Shown: positions 53,247 to 62,520 of the stretch, piece after piece | How positions within the stretch are numbered: the first letter of the stretch is position 1 | How the letters are laid out: each line of letters begins with the position of its first letter | Source of the DNA: an uncultured Anaerolineales bacterium | GTDB taxonomy: Bacteria > Chloroflexota > Anaerolineae > CG2-30-64-16 | DNA length: 64,000 nt | Direction: 5' to 3' | NCBI GenBank assembly: GCA_964614645.1 | Contig: CAZTMA010000004.1 | Coordinates: forward strand, 13,555-77,554 | Notes under the pieces: generated by a model | Told to the model about the DNA's origin: nothing | Database searches by the model: none | What the model saw: only the letters and a program-made list of their open reading frames with translations | Made by a program: the position numbers and the translations under genes

Positions 53247-53253
53247 TTTATAC

Positions 53254-54078
53254 TCAGAAGATGTTCTGCTGGACGTTGAACGCGCGGCAGATGGTGCGCA
53301 TTTCATCGTCCGACAGGCCCTCGGCCTGCTCGCCGTTGACCAGGTTCATGTACTCGTACCTGGCGCCGGTCTCTGCATACTCGATGCGGTCGGAGGCGCG
53401 CTTCACGGACTGGTCCGAGCGGGCCATCACGCCGTGCTTGGCCCACAGCACGACCCGGTGCGTGCGCAGGGTTTCGACCGTTGCCGCCATCAGCTCCGGG
53501 GAGCCCGGCAGGCGGAACGGGATGACGCCGACTCCCTCGGGCAGGTTGATGATGGTCTCCGGCTGCCAGCGGAGCAGCCGCCGGTTGAGAAAAGACTCGT
53601 CCAGATAGCGCGGGACGTGGCTCAGATAGGTCAGGTGCGGCGGCTGCGCGTGGATGACGGCGTGGAAGTTCGTGCCGGTCAGCGCAACCTGGTCGCGGTG
53701 CACCGAGAGGTGCGAGTTGAACTCGCTGGTCAGCCGGGCGTACAGGCGGCGCTGCGAGGTGTAGAGTCTGCCCGTGACGCCGCCTTCATCCACGATGACG
53801 CAGCCCAGATTTGCCGCGGGGTCGTGGATGATCTCGCGCAACCGCCGGCCCGACCCGCTCACCAGGAACGCACGGCCCGCCAGTTCGGGCAGGGGCTCCG
53901 GCAGGACGAGCGTCTCGACATTCGGGAAGACGCGCCGGGGGTCCAGGGGCCAGCCCACATACACCGAGATGTTGCCCGCGGCCGCTTCGGTTGCGTCGAT
54001 CTCGGACATGCGCTGCCCGGCCTCGCCCATCAGGGTCAGCAGCTCGCTGAGTTCAGGATAAGGTGTTTCGATTGCCAC
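53254..54078 (-). CDS. class II aldolase/adducin-family protein
   Basis: Class II aldolase fold motifs (metal-binding His region); 274 aa. Confidence 0.7.
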   Translation of the reverse strand: MAIETPYPELSELLTLMGEAGQRMSEIDATEAAAGNISVYVGWPLDPRRVFPNVETLVLPEPLPELAGRAFLVSGSGRRLREIIHDPAANLGCVIVDEGGVTGRLYTSQRRLYARLTSEFNSHLSVHRDQVALTGTNFHAVIHAQPPHLTYLSHVPRYLDESFLNRRLLRWQPETIINLPEGVGVIPFRLPGSPELMAATVETLRTHRVVLWAKHGVMARSDQSVKRASDRIEYAETGARYEYMNLVNGEQAEGLSDDEMRTICRAFNVQQNIF

Positions 54079-54113
54079 AGTGACTCCTTCACCGGTTGTG
54101 AACCGGCGGCCCT

Positions 54114-54878
54114 CTACTTCAGGCCCAACTGCTGCTGCCGATACAGCTCATCCGGCCTCGTGTGGATGCGGCTGACGTCGTGCGCGGTCATGAAGCGCGG
54201 CCCGCCGGCGGCGAACGTACCGAGCAGGATGCGCGCGGTCTTGACGGCCATGGCCGTGACATCAAGCACCTGCTGGGGTGTCTTGCCCAGCACGATCAGG
54301 CCGTGGTTCTGAATCATGATGACCTTCGGCCGCTCGCCCCATTCCTCGATATAGCGCTGGATGCGCGCCCACACCTCGCACGCCAGCGGGACGCCGGGAT
54401 CGGTGTAGGGCACCAGCACGGGCGCCGGCCCGCACAGTACGATCTCATCCGGGAAGAGCCGCCCGGCATACGCCTGCTCGAAACCGACGGAGCAGGTGAG
54501 CATGTTCACCGCGCTGGCATGGGTATGCCCGACGAAGTTGACGTCCGGCAGGCTCAACGCCAGCGCGTGCAGCAGCGTCTCGACGGAGGGATGCTTCGTC
54601 GCGGCAGGGTCCACCCGTGCCGCGGTCATGCCCTCCTTAACCTGCTGATCCGTTAGGTCGGGCTGGTCCATCAGCGCCTTCACCCGCTCGAACGAGCAGC
54701 GCACGAAGCCCTCTGCCGTGATAGTGCGGAGCTCAGTGCCGCTGGCCTTGACCCAAAACGTCTCGGCATCAGCCCGCGCGGAGGTGTTGCCCTCGCCCAG
54801 GATGACGTAGTCGTTCTCGGGGCGGCCCAGGCTGTTCGACAGGGTGACCAATTGTGAAAGAATGTCGTCGTTCATCAT
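54114..54878 (-). CDS. class II aldolase/epimerase family protein (fuculose-phosphate aldolase/ribulose-5-P epimerase-like)
   Basis: GEGNTSAR N-terminal motif, HTHASAV metal-binding His; 254 aa. Confidence 0.75.
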   Translation of the reverse strand: MMNDDILSQLVTLSNSLGRPENDYVILGEGNTSARADAETFWVKASGTELRTITAEGFVRCSFERVKALMDQPDLTDQQVKEGMTAARVDPAATKHPSVETLLHALALSLPDVNFVGHTHASAVNMLTCSVGFEQAYAGRLFPDEIVLCGPAPVLVPYTDPGVPLACEVWARIQRYIEEWGERPKVIMIQNHGLIVLGKTPQQVLDVTAMAVKTARILLGTFAAGGPRFMTAHDVSRIHTRPDELYRQQQLGLK

Positions 54879-54908
54879 GTGTCCTTTGTTGGATAGAGTG
54901 ACGCCGGC

Positions 54909-56156
54909 CTACTCAGGCGCCCGTGCATCCCATTCCTGCTGGGCAAATATCATCGCCTCTTCGGCCGTGAGCTGCCCGTCCAGAACGCCGAGTACCGCCA
55001 TATAGAATATCTGGAGCACATCCTCGTATTCGGCCAGTTCAGCCGAAACCAGGACCACGTCCTCAATGGCCGCGCGTGCGGTTGCAGCGGCCTCACGGCC
55101 GACCAGCCGCTCGTAGGCCTCCGAATTGATGACGGACTGCCGCGGCGGGATCATGCGCACGATAGCCTCATGCGACAGATAGGAGAGCCACTGCCAGCAG
55201 GCTTCCGTATTGGGCGAATCGGCGGAGATGAAATAGCCTTCCGCAAACGCCATCGTGACCGACGCTTCGCCGCGCGGCAGCGGCGCCATGCCCCACTTCA
55301 TCGGCCATTCGATGTCCCACGTCAGGCCGCCGCGGTCCTGGAACCAGCCGATCCACGTGCCGACCTGGTTCTGCATGATGCCGCGATAGACCGAGCGGTT
55401 GTCGCTGCCGAAGGTCTCCCGGCTCTGCTCCTGAGTCGGTGCGACGTTATGATCGTTGATGAGCCGGACGTACCATTCCAGCGCCTCGATGGTCGCCGGG
55501 TCATCCAGCGTCACCCGCGAGGGATTCTGCAGGTCGTCGAGGATGCGCCCGCCCCTGCTGTAGAGAAACATCAGGGCATCGGGCATATCTGTGACCGGGG
55601 GGCTGGCATAGCCGAAGACGTTGTTATCGGGGTCGCGAATGGCATTTGCTGCGGCCAGGAAGTCGTCCAGCGTCCAGTTGGCGGCCGGGTAGTCCGCGTC
55701 GTACCGGTCGAACAGGTCCTGGTTGTAGTACATGACGGCCGGGTTGAAGCCCGCGGGGATGGCCCACAGCTTGTTCTCGGTGGTGAAGATCTCGAGCATC
55801 CCGGGCACGAAATCGCTCTTGTCGAAATCCTCGTTCTGGTCCAGGAAGGGATTGAGGTTGACGATCTCCTCGTTGGCCACGAGACCGGTGATGTCGTAGG
55901 ATTCGTCCACGAAGCAATCGGCCGCGGAGTCGGTAGTGCTCAGGTTGACCGTGATATGCGGATACTTCTCGTTGAACCCGGTCAACGCATTCTCGAAGTA
56001 TTGCTGGTCCCGGTCGGGGTGGCGGAAGGTGATTTCAACCGGCTCAGGCGGCGGCGCAGAACGGCCGCAGCCGGTCAAAGGGACGAGCAGCAGACAGAGC
56101 GCGAGGCCGATGAGCACAGCTCGCGCCGGGCGGGGGAAGGTGACAGAATGGGGCAT
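54909..56156 (-). CDS. ABC transporter extracellular solute-binding lipoprotein (family 1, sugar-type), orphan
   Basis: Signal peptide + lipobox LVPLTGC; SBP_bac_1 architecture; no permease/ATPase genes adjacent. Confidence 0.75.
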   Translation of the reverse strand: MPHSVTFPRPARAVLIGLALCLLLVPLTGCGRSAPPPEPVEITFRHPDRDQQYFENALTGFNEKYPHITVNLSTTDSAADCFVDESYDITGLVANEEIVNLNPFLDQNEDFDKSDFVPGMLEIFTTENKLWAIPAGFNPAVMYYNQDLFDRYDADYPAANWTLDDFLAAANAIRDPDNNVFGYASPPVTDMPDALMFLYSRGGRILDDLQNPSRVTLDDPATIEALEWYVRLINDHNVAPTQEQSRETFGSDNRSVYRGIMQNQVGTWIGWFQDRGGLTWDIEWPMKWGMAPLPRGEASVTMAFAEGYFISADSPNTEACWQWLSYLSHEAIVRMIPPRQSVINSEAYERLVGREAAATARAAIEDVVLVSAELAEYEDVLQIFYMAVLGVLDGQLTAEEAMIFAQQEWDARAPE

Positions 56157-56272
56157 CTTGTGTACTCCTGGGAGACATACATACGCGTGGCCTGTATCTT
56201 ACCCAAGTTCGCGCGAATTGGGAAGTAGGGATGTTCCGGGAATCCCAACTGTAGTGCCATTACGGAGGCTTG

Positions 56273-56341
56273 GAGTCGAGGCTTCAGCCGGTTTGGGTGG
56301 CTTCAGACACAGACTGCCTGACCGGCTAAAGCCTCGACTCC
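56273..56341. terminator. 21-bp-stem hairpin downstream of helicase gene; GGAGTCGAGGCT...AGCCTCGACTCC palindrome (same GGAGT/ACTCC termini as REP-like family)
   Basis: ggagtcgaggcttcagccggt ... accggctaaagcctcgactcc, one mismatch. Confidence 0.55.
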
Positions 56342-56352
56342 TGATAGCTCTA

Positions 56353-59300
56353 TTACAGCTTGCGCAGCTTGGCGAATCCGGCCAGCAGGGTCTTGGTTCC
56401 CTTGCCCGCGAACGCCACCGTGACTTCCTCATCATCCGCAGTCGGCTCGGACCTGATGACGATGCCCTGCCCGAACAGGCCATGGTCAACGCGGTCGCCG
56501 GGCTTGAACTGAAGGGGACGTTCCTGACGCGCCGGAGGTTTCGCCGGAGAGCGCGATGCCATGCTGCCGGCGCTGCGGACCGGCGGCTCACTCGCGCGGC
56601 CCAAGCCGCGCGGTGCGGGGCGCGATCGCTGGCCCCACGGCGGATCGTCGCCGGCGCGCGCGGCGCTGCGGCCGCCGTATGGGCCGCCATATCCGGTGCG
56701 CTCAGACAGCCCGCCATTGCCGTAGCCGCTCGCACGGTCACTCGCAGCCCGGCCACTGGTCGCATCGTTGTGCACCCCCTGCACCTTTGCCACATCCTTG
56801 AGAAAACGCGATGGCTCATTCATCTCGCTACGGCCGTACAACATGCGGCGGAACGCACGCAGCAGGTACAGCCGGTCCTTCGCGCGGGTCACCGCGACAT
56901 ACATGAGCCGGCGCTCTTCCTCCATCTGGTCGGGGTCTTCCAGGCTCCGGCTGTGAGGGAAGATGTTCTCTTCCAGCCCGACGATGAAGACGACCGGAAA
57001 CTCCAGGCCCTTCGACGTATGGATGGTGAGCAGCGTCACCCGGTCCTCGGGGTCTGCCAGGTCATCCTGGTCCGACACGAGCGCGACTTCCTCCAAAAAG
57101 GCAGTCAGCCGGAGGTCAGGCGGGAAGTCGTCGTAATGCGCAGCCACGCTGCGGAGTTCCTGGACGTTCGCCCAGCGGTCCTCACCTTCTTCGGTGCCAT
57201 CGCGCAGCCACGTCGTGTAGCTGGATTCCTCCGTGATGCGGTCGAGCAGCTCTGCAACGGTCAGGCCGTCCTTCACCGCCAGCCAGCGTGCCAGCATCTT
57301 GTAGAACGCGGTGAGCGACTTGACCGCGGCCGAGCCAAAGGGATGCTGCGGAGCCTGTGTGTGACGCGCCCGGAATTCGTCGTCGAGCAGCGCGCTGTTC
57401 AGGTCGCCGGCCAATAGCGCCAGCCCGCCTACCATCGGTACGCCCAGCTCTGCGCTCCACGCCGCGAGGTTAGACACGGTCTTGTCACCGATGCTGCGCG
57501 GGGGCACATTGATGATCCGGCCCAGGCTGATATTGTCCGCCGGATTGTGCACCAGCCGCAGATAGCCCAGCGCATCCTTGATTTCCCGCCGCTGATAGAA
57601 CCGCACCCCACCGACCAACCGGTAGGGGATGCCCCGCGCGATAAAGGCATCTTCGAGCGAGCGCGACTGCGCGTTGGTGCGATACATGACCGCGCAGTCA
57701 CCCAACGTGGCCTCGTGCTGGCGCACCAGTCGCTGAATCACGCTGACGATGAACGCGGCTTCGTCTGCCTCGTCATACGCCTCGTGCGAGATGATTTCGA
57801 GGCCCTGCCCGCGGTCGGTGCGCAGCTTCTTGGGGGTGCGGTGCTGGTTGCGCACGATGACCGCGTTTGCGACATCGAGGATGGTCTGCGTCGAGCGGTA
57901 GTTTTGCTCCAGCAGCACGACCTTCGCCTCGGGGAAGTCCTCCCGGAAGCGCATCACGTTCCGGTAGTCCGCACCGCGGAACATATAGATAGAGTTATGA
58001 ACCACAATGCCACCAGCAACATAGTTCCGATAATTCGGCACCGACAGGTCATAGACGAGCCCATCGTAGTGCCGGTGATTCACTGCAACAACTTCGTCTT
58101 CCGTCACTTTCCCATTCACGTCAAGCACCGGCAAGATTGCGCCGGGAACCAGGTTGCCGATGGGCATGAATTCAAACGTCTCGTCGGTCAGTTTTGCTCG
58201 CTTCCAGATCCGGGCGTCAGGGATAGCAGCAGTGAGTTCATCCAGGGTAAGCAGCATTGCATCGTAATCGCCGTGCGTACGTCGGGCCTGCCAGTAGATT
58301 TCCTTGTGAGGTCGCGTCGGCAACACCTGCTCAACCTGCTGACGATACGGCTCATCCGAGCTACAAATAGACAACTCGTGTAGATGCCATGGATCGAATG
58401 GTCTGTGCCAGCGACCGCCGCCATACTTAACGTTACTGGCGCCGAACATGTTAAGCGAGATGGTCTTGCGCAAGGACGCACCCCGAATAGTAGTTTGAGG
58501 CACGTGATGCGGGTGCGCGAGGCTAAGTCCCAGATCATTCACCAGTCTGGCTGCACAACCAGCAGTATCAAGTTCTGAGTACAGGCGCTGGATATGCTCG
58601 TTCGTCATAGACACTCGTCGCCCATCGGCATAGAAACATGCCGTCGGCAATCCGTATTTGGCTGCGTAGTAGGACTCCCAGTAGGTTGCCTCCCCTGCAT
58701 CTCCACAGGCGCGGAGCAACCAAATCGCGTCACCGCGTTCCTGGCGCAAACGTTCAGTAAAGCCAGGATATTTCTTGTCACCGTTCGAGCGAATCGCCCC
58801 CGTCTGGCCGATGCGATATCCAAGCCTGCGGGAATACATCAAGTATACGTAACGGTATCGATCGTTGTTAGGGTCGAACCTGGCGAAAACGCAATGCTCA
58901 GGCGTCGCAGTTAGTTGCCGCCCATACGCAGTACATACCGTGACCACGTCGCCAGCATAATGGTGGCTTGGACAGGCGTCCACTGTACCGACTGCTCGAC
59001 TGCCGTGTCCTGCAGCCGCGAGTACTCTGTCGCCGACGCGCACTTGCTCGACGGTGACCGGACCAGTAGGCGTTAGAATCTCAGTTCCAGCGACCAGACA
59101 CTGATCCTCATCACCGACGGCGAAGAGGTTGCGCGACGCAGAGGCAAGCCGGCAGACAAGGTCATACTGCGCCGTGTTCGTGTCCTGGAACTCATCGACC
59201 AGCAGGTACTCGTACCGGTCCTGGTAACGCTTCAGCACCTCGGGCTGCTCGCGGAACAGCCACGCGACGCGGCACAGCAGGTCGTCGAAGTCCAGCCCGC

Positions 59301-59874
59301 CGTTCGCGGTCAGGATTTCCTCGTAACGCGTGTAGACCCGCCGCGCAATCTCGGCCCAGTAGGTCGTCGCCTCGAACTGCTGGGGGCGAATCAACTCGTT
59401 CTTGGCCTTCGAGATGGCGCTGCGCATGGCCTCGGGCTTGTAGAGCTTCTCGTCCAGCTTCAGGTCGCGCAGCGCCTGCTTAACTGCAGTGAGCTGCTCG
59501 CCGTCATCGTAGATGACAAAGTTGGGATTGAGGCCCGCGGCCTGAGCATCCGCACGCAGGATGCGCGCACAGATGCTGTGAAACGTGCCGATGGTCAGCC
59601 CGCGCCAGCCCGTGCTCACGGGCACAGCCTGGCCCACCAGCTTGTTTATGCGCTCGCGCATCTCGCCCGCGGCCTTGTTGGTGAATGTGACGGCCATAAT
59701 CGACCGGGGATGCGCGTTGGCGTGGCGCAGCAGGTAGGCCACGCGGTGCGCCAGCACGCGCGTCTTGCCCGACCCGGGCCCTGCCAACACCAACACCGGA
59801 CCCTTGATCGTGGTAACAGCTTCTCGCTGGGCCGGGTTCAACCCGGCCAACAATTCATCAGGCATGTTTGTCAT
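56353..59874 (-). CDS. pcrA: UvrD/PcrA-family ATP-dependent DNA helicase, intein-containing
   Basis: Motif I GPGSGKTRVLAHR, motif II LVDEFQDTN, motif III VGDEDQ|SIYMFRGA split by intein, downstream helicase motifs IV-VI, C-terminal Tudor-like tail; alternative starts 59883 (TTG)/59865. Confidence 0.88.
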   Translation of the reverse strand: MTNMPDELLAGLNPAQREAVTTIKGPVLVLAGPGSGKTRVLAHRVAYLLRHANAHPRSIMAVTFTNKAAGEMRERINKLVGQAVPVSTGWRGLTIGTFHSICARILRADAQAAGLNPNFVIYDDGEQLTAVKQALRDLKLDEKLYKPEAMRSAISKAKNELIRPQQFEATTYWAEIARRVYTRYEEILTANGGLDFDDLLCRVAWLFREQPEVLKRYQDRYEYLLVDEFQDTNTAQYDLVCRLASASRNLFAVGDEDQCLVAGTEILTPTGPVTVEQVRVGDRVLAAAGHGSRAVGTVDACPSHHYAGDVVTVCTAYGRQLTATPEHCVFARFDPNNDRYRYVYLMYSRRLGYRIGQTGAIRSNGDKKYPGFTERLRQERGDAIWLLRACGDAGEATYWESYYAAKYGLPTACFYADGRRVSMTNEHIQRLYSELDTAGCAARLVNDLGLSLAHPHHVPQTTIRGASLRKTISLNMFGASNVKYGGGRWHRPFDPWHLHELSICSSDEPYRQQVEQVLPTRPHKEIYWQARRTHGDYDAMLLTLDELTAAIPDARIWKRAKLTDETFEFMPIGNLVPGAILPVLDVNGKVTEDEVVAVNHRHYDGLVYDLSVPNYRNYVAGGIVVHNSIYMFRGADYRNVMRFREDFPEAKVVLLEQNYRSTQTILDVANAVIVRNQHRTPKKLRTDRGQGLEIISHEAYDEADEAAFIVSVIQRLVRQHEATLGDCAVMYRTNAQSRSLEDAFIARGIPYRLVGGVRFYQRREIKDALGYLRLVHNPADNISLGRIINVPPRSIGDKTVSNLAAWSAELGVPMVGGLALLAGDLNSALLDDEFRARHTQAPQHPFGSAAVKSLTAFYKMLARWLAVKDGLTVAELLDRITEESSYTTWLRDGTEEGEDRWANVQELRSVAAHYDDFPPDLRLTAFLEEVALVSDQDDLADPEDRVTLLTIHTSKGLEFPVVFIVGLEENIFPHSRSLEDPDQMEEERRLMYVAVTRAKDRLYLLRAFRRMLYGRSEMNEPSRFLKDVAKVQGVHNDATSGRAASDRASGYGNGGLSERTGYGGPYGGRSAARAGDDPPWGQRSRPAPRGLGRASEPPVRSAGSMASRSPAKPPARQERPLQFKPGDRVDHGLFGQGIVIRSEPTADDEEVTVAFAGKGTKTLLAGFAKLRKL
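57994..59100 (-). mobile_element. intein (369 aa) inserted in helicase motif III (VGDEDQ|S) of UvrD/PcrA
   Basis: Starts CLVAGTEIL (Cys1; block A), block B LTATPEH, ends GGIVVHN + Ser+1; removing it restores VGDEDQSIYMFRGAD; boundaries checked at nucleotide level. Confidence 0.85.
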
Positions 59875-60535
59875 CTCTACCAACCGTCATCTCCCGGGCG
59901 CAGCACCGCCCCCCGTTGAGACGCTCACAGACCGTTATCACGTCGCCGGGCACGCGCACCCCCGCGTCGTGCAGCATGTCACGGGCCAGGCGCAGAGGCA
60001 GCCCCATGATGCCCGCATAGCACCCCGTCCACGCGGCGACCGGTGAAAACCACGGATGCTGGATGGCATACGCGCCGGCCTTGTCCAGCGGGTCGCCGCT
60101 GGCGACATAGCGGCTGACCTCAGCGTCGCTGTACGCACGCATGGTCACATCGCTGATGGAGAGGCGCGCGTCGTGCACGCTGCCCTGCGCCAGGCACACT
60201 GCGGTGTAGACCTGGTGCGTTCGACCGCGCAGCTGGGTGAGCATGGCGACCGCCTCGCCTGGATCCACGGGTTTGCCCAGCAGCAGGCCGTCCAGCACGA
60301 CCAGCGTGTCGGCGGCCAGCACCAACGCTCGGGGGTGACGCTGGGCGACGGCCGCGGCCTTGGCCCGGCACAAGCGGCAGACCAGCGCGTCCGGCTGCTC
60401 ACCGGGGAGCGGTGTCTCGTCGACGTCCGCCACATCAACGGTAAAGGCGAGACCCAGCGCGGCCAGCAACTGTGACCGCCGCGGCGACTGCGAGGCCAGG
60501 ATCAACGGTCGTTCCAAACAGCACTCCCCGAACAA
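59858..60535 (-). CDS. maf: Maf-like nucleoside triphosphate pyrophosphatase
   Basis: LILASQSPRRSQLL N-terminal Maf motif; 3' end overlaps helicase start. Confidence 0.8.
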   Translation of the reverse strand: MFGECCLERPLILASQSPRRSQLLAALGLAFTVDVADVDETPLPGEQPDALVCRLCRAKAAAVAQRHPRALVLAADTLVVLDGLLLGKPVDPGEAVAMLTQLRGRTHQVYTAVCLAQGSVHDARLSISDVTMRAYSDAEVSRYVASGDPLDKAGAYAIQHPWFSPVAAWTGCYAGIMGLPLRLARDMLHDAGVRVPGDVITVCERLNGGRCCAREMTVGRDDKHA

Positions 60536-60601
60536 GATTCTGATCGATTGTACCTTTAGCGGGGCGAAAGGCCAAGAAGTGACCCAAACTACCTCCCGAC
60601 G

Positions 60602-60630
60602 TTGCCATCTCCCCCAAAACCCGGTATACT
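60602..60630 (+). promoter_or_regulatory. candidate sigma70 promoter (-35 TTGCCA, 17-bp spacer, -10 TATACT) for hbd
   Basis: Good hexamers and spacing ~90 nt upstream of hbd start; CT-rich leader with TTCGTCAC direct repeats follows. Confidence 0.5.
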
Positions 60631-60718
60631 GGGGCAGTATGATCGTCCGTCGGCTCGTTCGTCACTTTTGCTCGTTACTCGTTTCTCATCCGTCTTTCGT
60701 CACCCAGGAGGGTCTGCC

Positions 60719-61582
60719 ATGACGCAACCGGTCTCACGCGTCGGCATCGTCGGCTGCGGGCTGATGGGCTCCGGCATAGCCGAGGTCTGCGCGAAAGCTG
60801 GTTACACGGTCATCGTGCGCGAGGTTAGCCGCGAGCTGCTGGCAGGCGGCCTGGCGCGCATCAACGGCTCGCTGGACAAGGCTGTCGCCAAGGGCAAGCT
60901 CTCCGCCGCAAATCGCGACGCAGCCCGCGCCCGCATCATCGGCGCAACGGACTTCTCTGCATTTTCGGATTGTGACCTCGTGGTGGAGGCGGTGGCTGAG
61001 AACCTGGACCTCAAGCGCAGGGTCTTTACGGAGCTGGACGCGGTCACCCCACCGCACGCGATTCTCGCCAGCAACACCTCGTCGCTCGCCATCACCGATA
61101 TGGCTGCCGCGACGAAACGGCCCGCGCAGGTACTGGGCCTCCATTTCATGCAGCCGGTGCCCGTCATGCCGCTGCTCGAGATGGTGCGCACGTTCCTGAC
61201 CAGCGAGGAGACCTTCCAGGCGGCGAAGGCGTTCGGGGAGAGCCTGGGCAAGACCATTGTCGTCAGCAAGGACTCGCCCGGCTTCATCGTCAACTTGCTG
61301 CTGATTCCGTATCTCCTGCACGCGATCGACGCGCTGGAAAAGGGAGTCGCTACGAAGGAAGACTTCGACACGGCGATTGTGTTAGGTCTGAACCACAAGA
61401 TGGGGCCCTTCGCCCTGCTCGACTTCATCGGGCTCGACACGACGCTGTTCATTGCGGACGCCGTGTTCAATGAGACAAAGGATGTTCGCTTCGCCGCTCC
61501 GCCCCTGCTGCGGCGGATGGTGAGCGCCGGCTACCTGGGCCGCAAGAGCGGCCGCGGGTTTTACGATTATTCGAATCAATAG
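60719..61582 (+). CDS. hbd: 3-hydroxybutyryl-CoA (3-hydroxyacyl-CoA) dehydrogenase
   Basis: NAD-binding VGIVGCGLMGSGIAEV; 3HCDH N and C domains; CAGGAGGG SD. Confidence 0.85.
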   Translation: MTQPVSRVGIVGCGLMGSGIAEVCAKAGYTVIVREVSRELLAGGLARINGSLDKAVAKGKLSAANRDAARARIIGATDFSAFSDCDLVVEAVAENLDLKRRVFTELDAVTPPHAILASNTSSLAITDMAAATKRPAQVLGLHFMQPVPVMPLLEMVRTFLTSEETFQAAKAFGESLGKTIVVSKDSPGFIVNLLLIPYLLHAIDALEKGVATKEDFDTAIVLGLNHKMGPFALLDFIGLDTTLFIADAVFNETKDVRFAAPPLLRRMVSAGYLGRKSGRGFYDYSNQ

Positions 61583-61594
61583 GAGAGATGAGAC

Positions 61595-62458
61595 ATGGGT
61601 ACGATTGAGAAGAAGGTGTTTGGCCGGACCGGCCACCTCAGCACGCGCGTCATCTTCGGCGCGGCCGCGTTCGGCAACGTCACGCAGGCTGAGGCGGACC
61701 AGACCATCGACCTGCTGATGCAGTATGGGATCAACCACTTCGACACGGCGGCCAGCTATGGCAAGTCCGAAGTGCTGCTTGGCCCGTGGGTCAAGCACAA
61801 CCGCGACAAGATCTTCCTGGCGACCAAGACCGGCGAGCGCACCTACCAAAAGGCAAAAGAGGAAATCCATCGCTCGCTCGAACGGCTGCAGACCGACCAT
61901 GTGGACCTCCTCCAATTGCACTACCTGGTGGACCCGCAGGAGTGGGAGACCGCGATGGGGCCGGGCGGCGCGCTCGAGGCCGCAGTTGAGGCCAAAGCGC
62001 AAGGGCTGGTCAGCTTCATCGGCGTAACGGGCCACGACCTGGTCGTGCCGAAGATGCACATGAAGAGCCTGGAACGTTACGACTTCGATTCCGTGCTGCT
62101 GCCCTACAATTTCCCGTTGGTGCAGAACCCGGAATACGCAGCCAGCTTCGAGGCATTGGTCGCGCTCTGCAAGCAGCGCAATGTGCCGGTACAGACGATC
62201 AAGGGCGTCACGCGCCGGCCTTGGGGCGAACAGGAACGCGTCCGCGCCACCTGGTACCAACCACTGGAGAAGCAAGAGGACCTGGACAAGGCCGTCTGGT
62301 GGGTGCTGGGCCGGTCCGATGTGTTCCTGAACACGGTCGGTGACATCCATGTGCTGCCGCGCGTGCTGGATGCGGCAACTCGCTTCGAGCACCGCCCCGG
62401 CGACAACGAGATGCAGGCCCTCGTCGCGCAGGCCGAGATGGCGCCGCTGTTTGTGTAA
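61595..62458 (+). CDS. aldo/keto reductase
   Basis: AKR motifs FDTAASYG, catalytic Tyr/Lys region; 287 aa. Confidence 0.85.
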   Translation: MGTIEKKVFGRTGHLSTRVIFGAAAFGNVTQAEADQTIDLLMQYGINHFDTAASYGKSEVLLGPWVKHNRDKIFLATKTGERTYQKAKEEIHRSLERLQTDHVDLLQLHYLVDPQEWETAMGPGGALEAAVEAKAQGLVSFIGVTGHDLVVPKMHMKSLERYDFDSVLLPYNFPLVQNPEYAASFEALVALCKQRNVPVQTIKGVTRRPWGEQERVRATWYQPLEKQEDLDKAVWWVLGRSDVFLNTVGDIHVLPRVLDAATRFEHRPGDNEMQALVAQAEMAPLFV

Positions 62459-62469
62459 ATACACCTAAG

Positions 62470-62510
62470 AGCTCTTTTGCTGGCCTGGTTTCACCAGGCC
62501 AGCAAAAGAG
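62470..62510. terminator. strong bidirectional terminator hairpin between AKR (+) and GNAT (-)
   Basis: gctcttttgctggcctgg-tttca-ccaggccagcaaaagagc, 18-bp perfect stem. Confidence 0.75.
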
Positions 62511-62520
62511 CATCAATGAT

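Noticed and set aside
59874-59883. TTG at 59883 as helicase start
   Set aside because: ATG at 59874 (MTNMPDELL) or 59865 is more conventional. The difference is 3-6 codons and does not affect the call.
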